Source: Eledone cirrhosa (taxonomy: Eukaryota). From it: a stretch of DNA of 64,000 bases. The stretch is taken from assembly GCA_964016885.1 (NCBI GenBank), contig OZ024740.1:323206001-323270000 (forward strand), written 5' to 3'. Below the pieces are notes generated by a model. The model was not told where the DNA came from and searched no databases. It saw nothing but the letters and a program-made list of their open reading frames with translations. A program made the position numbers and the translations under genes. Shown piece after piece: positions 55,668 through 64,000 of this stretch (positions are counted from its first letter, which is position 1; every line of letters starts with the position of its first letter).

Positions 55668-56387
55668 CTGTATCTGTTTGAGTGTGCGCCTGTGTTTGTC
55701 TTTGTGTGTGTGTGCCTGGGCGTATGCGTGACTGGATGTAAATGTGTGTGTTTGCATATCAGAATGTTGTTATGGAAGATAGTGTATCGAACTCACAACT
55801 GCTGAATGCCGGACGGCCAGGTTGCCATTACCTCAAAGTGTTACCGACTTTTAACCTTCATACTTTTTATTCTTATCTATTTGTCGAGAGATATAAACAA
55901 ATAAAATATTATTTTCTTCTCCCGTAATGTCATAAAATATCAATTTTTACGTCAATAACCGAGTGAAGATCACAGAATTATTAGAATGGAGCTATGTTAG
56001 TTCCAATGGTAAATGTTCAGTTGTTCAGTAAACGGAACAGCCTACTCATGAAATTTATGTTTAACTTGCTGAGCAATCCACAGACAAGTTTACTCTTAAC
56101 ACAATTCTCGGTGAGTTTCAATGTATAAGGCCAGAACTTTGAATCGCAGTATGTCTTCCAAACAATTTATGTCTAGCCAATTTTATTCACAAAGCATGTG
56201 CTGACTCGGTGCTCTGTAAATTGACACTTGTTCAATATGCCTCGCAGCGAGATCGATGTTGGGACCTAAGGATTGCGAAACGAATTTCGTAACGATTAGG
56301 CCATGCTGCCTTCACATAAGTATTACTGAGTATATACGAGCAATAGTCAGTCTCACGTAAAAGTCAACCCCGCTACTTTTGTCCTAG

Positions 56388-56472
56388 AAATCTGGAATTT
56401 TCCATAGACCTCATATGACAGTTGAACCTAGTATTTCACAGACAACTTTAGGGTTAACATTTGTGGACCAAG
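56388..56472 (+). CDS. Candidate host exon KSGIFHRPHMTVEPSISQTTLGLTFVDQ
   Basis: TTTTGTCCTAG| ... AAG|GTATGT, open frame, ends in phase 1. Confidence 0.45.
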
Positions 56473-56979
56473 GTATGTATCATATCCTTTAAGTAAAAAT
56501 AATACTGTTACAAAATCGTCATGAATTTAAGGCAAATATATATTATTGCAAATACATGCCTGAAACAAAATATTTACTCAAACTCGTGCATAACTTACTG
56601 TAGCCTTCTCTATTGCTGGAATGTTTTGTGTTTATAGCGGAATGCTTGGTCTTACAGTAAACCAGCATATACTAGCGAACACTACACATCTTTTGATGGG
56701 TGCTGCATCATTACTAAAATGTATGCACAAGATGAGCTGCCAGCCTGCAACCTTTATATTTTCCTCATTTCTAAACACAATAAACACACGTGTCAGTGCT
56801 CATCACATCGTATATTTACATGCCGAGAAACATATTTCACAGACAGCGCTATCGGGAGCACTAGCATAACATTACAGTAAGATTAACGATTCTATGCATC
56901 AAAACTAGGATATGTGTTTTGATGCATAGAATCGGTAATATTACTGTAATTCATTCTGTGTTTGTTTTTATTCATTTAG

Positions 56980-57017
56980 ATATCAGTTGGGCTTCTGTTA
57001 CTGATACAATACTTTAG
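56980..57017 (+). CDS. Candidate terminal coding exon (D)ISWASVTDTIL*
   Basis: T-rich acceptor TTCATTTAG|, phase compatible with 56388-56472, followed by ~850 bp of largely unique AT-rich sequence with AATAAA at ~57837. Confidence 0.4.
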
Positions 57018-57897
57018 ATTCTAGCTTAAATTTCAAGCTCCTCAAAATATTGAAGCCTATAATGTTAGCGCTCTAACTTAGCAGGGAAGATGGCGTAAGG
57101 ACGCTGTATATTGAACAAATATAACAGTCATTACTTCAACTCCACATATATCTACAATTTCTATGTTTTAACACATTACCTGATGATTTAAATTGTTCCT
57201 AACATCTGGTTTTGTCTACCATATTCATTAAAAAAATGATCCCATTGTCAACATTAAGACCATGATTTAGCAGTGCAAACGGCCTTATAATGTTGTATAT
57301 TAAGACATTACGCCTATCAATATGGCCATATTTTTAAATACTACTTAGTATTTTAAATTGTATTCCGACATCCGGTTTTGTCTACTATATTCTTTTAAAA
57401 AAATACGAAGGTGATTTGAATATTTAACAGGAAAATGCTAATAGTAAAGTTGGGGGATAATTTTAAGTCATTAGCTACTTTGATTACAGATAAAATATTC
57501 CGAATGAGCTGACATTTTATCAATATTTAACCTAACAAAGGTGATTAATTATCAACACATCTTAAATGTCCCTTAGATTTGACCTGTGTGTTTCAAGATG
57601 AAAACTTCAAATCTTCCTTGAGATCAGTCATACAACTTTTATTGAAAACAAAAGAAAAACAGATAGAAACACATATATATATATAGAAAATGGCTAAAAA
57701 GATTAAACAAAACAACAACAGCAACAGAAAAAAAGAGGTGCCTGTTAATAGTTAGGAATTGGAATGAAACTTGTCAAGATTAAATATTTTCTACAAGACT
57801 TGTTGAGATAATTCTACAGATAATTTCAAAAAATGGAATAAAATATATAAAACTGCCAATCAAATAACTAAACACATTGATGAAACAATATAATAAT

Positions 57898-58736
57898 AAT
57901 GGTTTCTGATTTAGGCACAAGGCCAGCAATTTTTGGGAGAGGGCAAAGTCGATTAAATCTACCCCAGTGCGTAACTGGTACTTTATTTTATCAACCCCGT
58001 AAGGATGAAAGGTAAATTAAACCTCAGCGGGATTTGAAATCATAACGTAAAGGGCCGTAACTCTAAGCCGCTAAGCTTCTTGTCCGATGTTCTACCGATT
58101 CTGTCAATCCACCGCCCTTGCCAATAATAATAATTGTTTCTACTTTTGGCACAAGGCCAGCAATTACTCAGTGTATTACTGGTACTTTACTTTATCGACC
58201 CCGTAAGGATGAAAGGCAAAGTTAACCTCGGCCGTAACTCTATGCGTCAAAGTATGGCGTCCGACCCTCTACCGATATTGCCAATCCACCGCCAATAATA
58301 ATAATAATGATTTCTACTATAGGCACTAGGCCTGCATTTTGGGGAGAGGGAAAAGTCGATTGAATCGACCTCAGTACGTTACTGGTACTTTATCTTATCG
58401 ACCCCGTAAGGATGAAAGGCAAAGCTAACTTAGGTGAGATTTGAACTCATCATGTAAAGGGCCATAACTCTATGTCGCTAAGTATAATGTCCGACGCTCT
58501 ACCGATTCTGCCAATTCACTGCCCTTGCTAATAATCATAATAACAATTGTTTCTAGTTTTGGCACAAGGCCAGCAAATTACCCAGTGTATTACTGGTACT
58601 TTATTTTATCGACCCCGTAAGGATGAAAGGCAAAGTTAACCTCGGCAGGATTTGAACTTAGACCATAAAGGGACGTAACTCTATGCTGGAAAGCATGCTG
58701 TCCAACCCTCTACCGATACTGCCAATCCACCGGCCT
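57898..58736 (-). mobile_element. Head-to-tail cluster of four SINE copies separated by (TAA)n
   Basis: Starts near 57898, 58132, 58306 and 58545. Confidence 0.9.
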
Positions 58737-58748
58737 TATAATCATAAT

Positions 58749-58839
<91 letters not shown>

Positions 58840-58841
<2 letters not shown>

Positions 58842-59069
58842 GGATTTGGAACTGCCATGAAGTCAAAGTGGTCCCGATTGTCATAGGCGCACTAGGTTAA
58901 AGAAAATTGGTCCCGCCCCGCTTTTTTGAACACTTCAAAAGGCATGCTTGCTGGGAACAGCAAGAACTCTCCGATACGTCCTGAATATCTGAGGCTGCAG
59001 GTAGTGGCTTGATATTCATTTCAACAAACTTTCCAGTTAACTAACATCAATGACTGAGACTTAAAGTAC
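58840..59069 (+). mobile_element. 3' fragment of Dong/R4-clade retrotransposon in (TAA)n
   Basis: IWNCHEVKVVPIVIGALG...LQKACLLGTARTLRYVLNI*; TAA arrays on both sides; same 3' tail at ~48158-48200. Confidence 0.85.
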
Positions 59070-60904
59070 AATAATAATAATAATAATAATAAAGTAATAA
59101 ACACTGTTACACGACTAGCCATAATATCACTCTAAGCAATTCTACCTAAAGACATAAATAACCACACTAGCGACCTCTTGTCATACGGAAATGTCTAGAT
59201 TCTGAAGAAAAGAGATTGAGGAGTAGGAATTATTCTGAATTAGTATCGAGTGGAAATTGGATTAGGACGTCGAAGCTGTGTGTCGTTAAATCAATGCTAA
59301 TTTGGACAAATGGCTTTAAAATTGCAACAGAGAATTGAAAAGGATTATTGATAAAGATTAGTTGTTAAAAGCAAAGTAGTTGCCATTTCATGATAGTGTC
59401 AATAGTCCTGATACATTAGTTGTTTCTTGAAATAGGTAGCGATGATGTACATATTCATGTGATAATGCGGCAGCGGGTCTTGTTACTTTAAAGCCCGCCA
59501 CAAACAATGTTAAATGATACTATAGGTTTGTAGGTGTGAATTGGTAGAGATGTTAGAATGCTCTATTAAATGCCTTGGCTTATTGCACTCTGAGCTGAAA
59601 TCCCATCGTGGTCAGCTTAGCCTTTTGTCCTTTCGAAGCCGATAAATAAAGTGCCATTCTAAGGGTGGTGGTGTTGGTAAAATTGTTAAATTGAATACTT
59701 TGCAGTATCTGCTCCGGCACTTTGCGTTCTGAGTTCAAATGTGAACCATGGTAGAATTTACCGGATTCTAGTGTATTGTAATAGGTTTGACCATGCACGG
59801 AGTTGATGTCCTTTCTCTGGTGCATACATTAGAAACAAATACAAAATTAGAATTCATTGAACTCATCGTCAGAAAATAGTAGAAGGCTTGATAAGATCCT
59901 CGAACGTATGTCATAAAGTGTACATCAATGAAGGCTGTCAGACAATACTCAGCTAAAATAGAGACCTTTCTTTCTTGAGCCAAGAAGCTCATCAGACCGT
60001 AGCTTTTTCTGGTTTCATGAGATGTTCAAAGACTTAGAGTGTAAGACAAGACACCCGTCCGCTGAAATGTTATTCTTCCCACAGAGCTGTTTCAAGTATA
60101 CCTTTCACAGCTCGCCGCCTGATCTGGGAATCAAAACTATGACACTGCGATCGTGAGCTCAACACTCAGGTCATTAAAAGTTTAGATAAGGAAATATAAG
60201 TTTAGTAGAGTATGATTTTTAAAAAGTCAGAAGTGACATTACCAGGAAATGGTTTATTGGGAGATCATTTAACGTATGGGTTAGATATGGAGTGATATTG
60301 GCTGCTATTTTTATTGAAGCTAAACAAGAAGCTTCATTTTGAAAACATCCAAAGAAAGAAACAAAAGGTTCTATAGAAACCAAAGCTCTGTAGCTAAATC
60401 AATTTCCCTAAACTGAGTTAATAATTGAAACAAAGGTCTTTAACCTTAAGTTTTAACTTTGTATAATATATTTTCCATGTTATTGTAACCTCATTGTAAA
60501 TATAATGTGTAAAGGAAGGCATTTATATACAATGAAACATTTTAGAAGGGAGAAAAATGTTATTGAAGGATAGTAAAGCAGAGCACAGTAGATAGATAAG
60601 AGTCGATGTTTGAAGGCATAAAATTTCATGTCATTTTCTTATAGATTTATTTAGTGTTATTGCTTTCCACCCTCATTACAACTGCTTTCTCGCTGTTTTT
60701 GTTCAATTATTTCTCTTTTAAACAATTACTGTGAAAAAGAATCCACTTCTCGTTTTATTTGCCTTCATCCTCTACTTCTTTCTTCCTCCTCTATTCGTTA
60801 TCATACACGTCGTAGATTTTTATTCGAATTAATCTAATTACCTTTAATAGTATCGGTTGCAGTTATTCGCCACTAATCCCATTAACAACACAACATAGAT
60901 GATG

Positions 60905-61009
60905 CAAACATTATTTATAAGAAGCGATAGAAAATGGCGGCGGTCGAGTGTTGATCGATTGAAGAGAAATAAACAAAAACAGAAATAGTTTACAAAAAAA
61001 AGGGTAAGT
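60905..61009 (+). promoter_or_regulatory. Candidate core promoter and first exon
   Basis: TATTTATAA (60912), YY1-type AAAATGGCGG (60931), donor GG|GTAAGT (61004). An acceptor TTTTCTTTGTAG| occurs at 63978. Confidence 0.4.
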
Positions 61010-61484
61010 TCGTAGTAATTTAATTGTTCAATTAACAGTCTCTCTCTTTTCTTGTCTTTCGTGTTGAAAATATAAAGTCAAATTCTTTGAATTTATTTCA
61101 TTTCCTCTTTTATTACTGCATTGTTCAAAGCCATTTCGTTTTAAAATGTCTCTTCGAGAAATTTTATATTAAAATGAATTCCATGGAAATTTACAAAAAA
61201 ATATACATACATTGATTAACAATGTAGATGTTTTATTTTGCGATACATATTTTAGAAAATGTCCTTCATTCTATTAACATCAATTCTTCAACTCCTGTTC
61301 TACCCACAGCCACACTCCCTTTTCAATTCTCTTTACCCCACCCCCACCCCCACCCTCTTTAATTTCTATCGTCTATTTACCTTTCTTCTTTGATTTAAAG
61401 TAATTCTTACTCTTCTTCTTATTCGCCTCAACGACATTAATCTCCCTCTTCACCCCTTCTATCTCTCTTTCTCTACACACACAT

Positions 61485-61560
<76 letters not shown>

Positions 61561-61596
61561 TCAATATTTATCGATTCTGTCCATCTTTCTCTAACC

Positions 61597-61693
<97 letters not shown>

Positions 61694-61821
61694 TGTGTGC
61701 GTATGTGTGTGTATGTGTGTGTGTGCGTATGTGTGTGTATGTGTGTGTGTGCGTATGTGTGTGTGTACGTGTGTGTGCGTGTGCGTGGAATACGTGTGCG
61801 TATGTAAGTATGTATTTGTAA

Positions 61822-61865
<44 letters not shown>

Positions 61866-62394
61866 TTACATATATATATACATATCGCCATCGTTGTTAT
61901 CACCAGCCTTATGGCCGCCTTCATAATCATCATCAGCGACATCACTAATCTCTTCACTATCACTGTTTCACATTCGCCTCTCTTTTGTCTTTCTAATTAC
62001 AATCATACTGAAACGAATGGCCGACGTTTCTAGTGATGAGATATAAAACGACAATAGCAAGTATAAAAGAAATATTTAGTTGAAAGATATCTCAACCGAC
62101 TCGGCCAATGATAACAGACAGCGTATTGGCGGTCATTTTGTTTTGGGTGTTTTATTTAATTCGTTTTTAACGTGTAAAAATATCAGAAACATAAACGTCA
62201 TTATCTACGGAATCTGACTGCTGTGAACTTCGCGCCTAAAACTCGTTAAACGATGTGCCTATTTATTTCATTGTTGGGAAATTATCTAGAACAATACAGC
62301 CATTGTATGTAGCAAGATGGCTTTAGTGCGAACTATATCTAAAGGAGATCTATCTCTCTTTCTCTCTCGCATTCTTTATATATATATACATATA

Positions 62395-63000
62395 TGGTGG
62401 CTGCCAACTCGTTTTCGAGTACGGCCACTACTTTATATCCATGTAGGAGAACCCCTACCGATGCGCTGAACGAGTGTGACTTTTTAGTCCAGCCAGCGAC
62501 TTGAAAACTCTGGTACAAACACTACACTTGTGACAATTATTGACACATAGTGCTGGGCCCATGGTACCATGTGACGACAAGTGCAGAGAGATCTCCAGAT
62601 ATAAAGCAATGCCTGTGCCGTGAAGCCTTTATAGTGAGCAAAGGCACTGCACAAAGCCAGTCCCACTCTCTTAACCAAGATGATATTTACCAAAAAGAAG
62701 AACAAGTTAACATCATTGGATACCATCAGGGTTGCAGGTGTTATATCAGAGTTTTCCTTCTAGAATTCTGCATGACAAAGGCTAAGGGGTAATCTCTCCC
62801 GGTGATTTTGGATGGCCATTGACTCTTAAGAGCTCCTTTGTCCTTTGACAGGTTTTGTTTTTAGTCCTGCAGGATGTCCAAAGTCACCCTCCTCACCAAG
62901 AAACCTTGGTGGGGTTGCCAGTTTAGTCGCCAACGACCCGACCATGAGACAGGTCGTACTGGGATACATGTTACCAGTAGCATCAACTGGTGACCTGACA
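62395..63000. mobile_element. Solo-LTR-like element, copy 2 (inverted relative to 24085-24694)
   Basis: TG...CA ends with TATA on both sides. Confidence 0.75.
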
Positions 63001-63013
63001 TATATATACATAC

Positions 63014-63066
<53 letters not shown>

Positions 63067-63072
63067 CGTATG

Positions 63073-63158
<86 letters not shown>

Positions 63159-63328
63159 ATGTACACACATATACGTAATACACACAAATACATATACACA
63201 TGTGTACGCCTTTGTTATGTGTAGGTGTTTTCGTCGTTCGTGTTTACACACGCGCATACACACGCATACACTCACACATAAACATGCATATATGCGTATG
63301 CATATGTATGTGTATATATATATAATCA

Positions 63329-63376
<48 letters not shown>

Positions 63377-63449
63377 ACACCAACACATATATACACTAGC
63401 AATTACACGATTAAACGGGAAAAAAATCTACTTCGACATATATGCACGG

Positions 63450-63780
63450 AGGCAACATGATCGAATTGTTTAGAGGTTAGGTTCGCAATCATTAGGGCCA
63501 GGGTTCGATCCCACTGTGTAGCATTCCGGGCACGTATCATATAGCGTGCCCTTGGGATAACGCATAATTTGTGAGTAAAATTGTGTAGGGGTAACTCTGT
63601 AAGAAGTTCATCGGATGCACAGAACCTAAAATTTATTTGGCCACTCTTGTCCCGCTAATCTCCCTGAGAATGATATTATGTTTATACGTGTCTATAGAAT
63701 GCTCATTTGTTTCATGAGTAGACTGTTCATTTGATAGAACAACTGGAAAGCATAATTGAAACCGACGGAGGTCGGTTTCT
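63450..63780 (+). mobile_element. Old second-family tRNA-derived SINE
   Basis: GGGTTCGATCCCACTG B-box; body similar to 29390-29660. Confidence 0.55.
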
Positions 63781-64000
63781 TCCTAAGTATACTTTGTAAG
63801 TATATGTGTGGAATTTGTCGAGGGAATACGTGACATTAAGCATGTGTGTGCAAGATATTGTCAGTTTATTTCCAGTCAGAGTTATACTTCATTATATAGA
63901 TAACAATAACACACTGTGAAATGTTCCAGTCCAATTGACATGCGTTTCATGCTGGCATTGGCATGTTTTTCTTTGTAGGACCCAGATCACGCCAAAATTA

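Noticed and set aside
59960-60000. Minus-strand CTGATGA..GAAA
   Set aside because: No stem I or stem III; likely chance.

Overview
AT-rich, microsatellite-saturated animal genomic DNA. It is most likely intronic/intergenic cephalopod (Octopus-like) sequence, inferred from the SINE content and repeat density. There is no intact long protein-coding gene, and almost all track ORFs are microsatellite artefacts. Mobile elements seen: a decayed Helitron (STPR-like 23-aa repeats, Rep, PIF1 helicase; 1-4718), a non-autonomous Helitron, an internally deleted mariner with 105-bp TIRs, a hAT fossil and a hAT MITE, a 5'-truncated Penelope-like element (PLE) with RT tail and GIY-YIG, Tx1/L1, CRE and Dong/R4 fragments, two TG..CA solo-LTR-like copies, and more than 25 tRNA-derived Meta-type SINEs. 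A ~90-copy 28-bp minisatellite and a few candidate host exons/promoters are also present. The most notable signal is a set of type-I hammerhead ribozyme (HHR) motifs in short non-coding inserts within (TA)n tracts. One 1.09-kb insert (53034-54122) has two ~399-bp direct repeats, each carrying an HHR with a palindromic stem III, and copy 1 has the rare U3-A8 core. This is a retrozyme-like architecture predicted to release a 594-nt RNA. All folds and alignments were done by eye; no searches were run.
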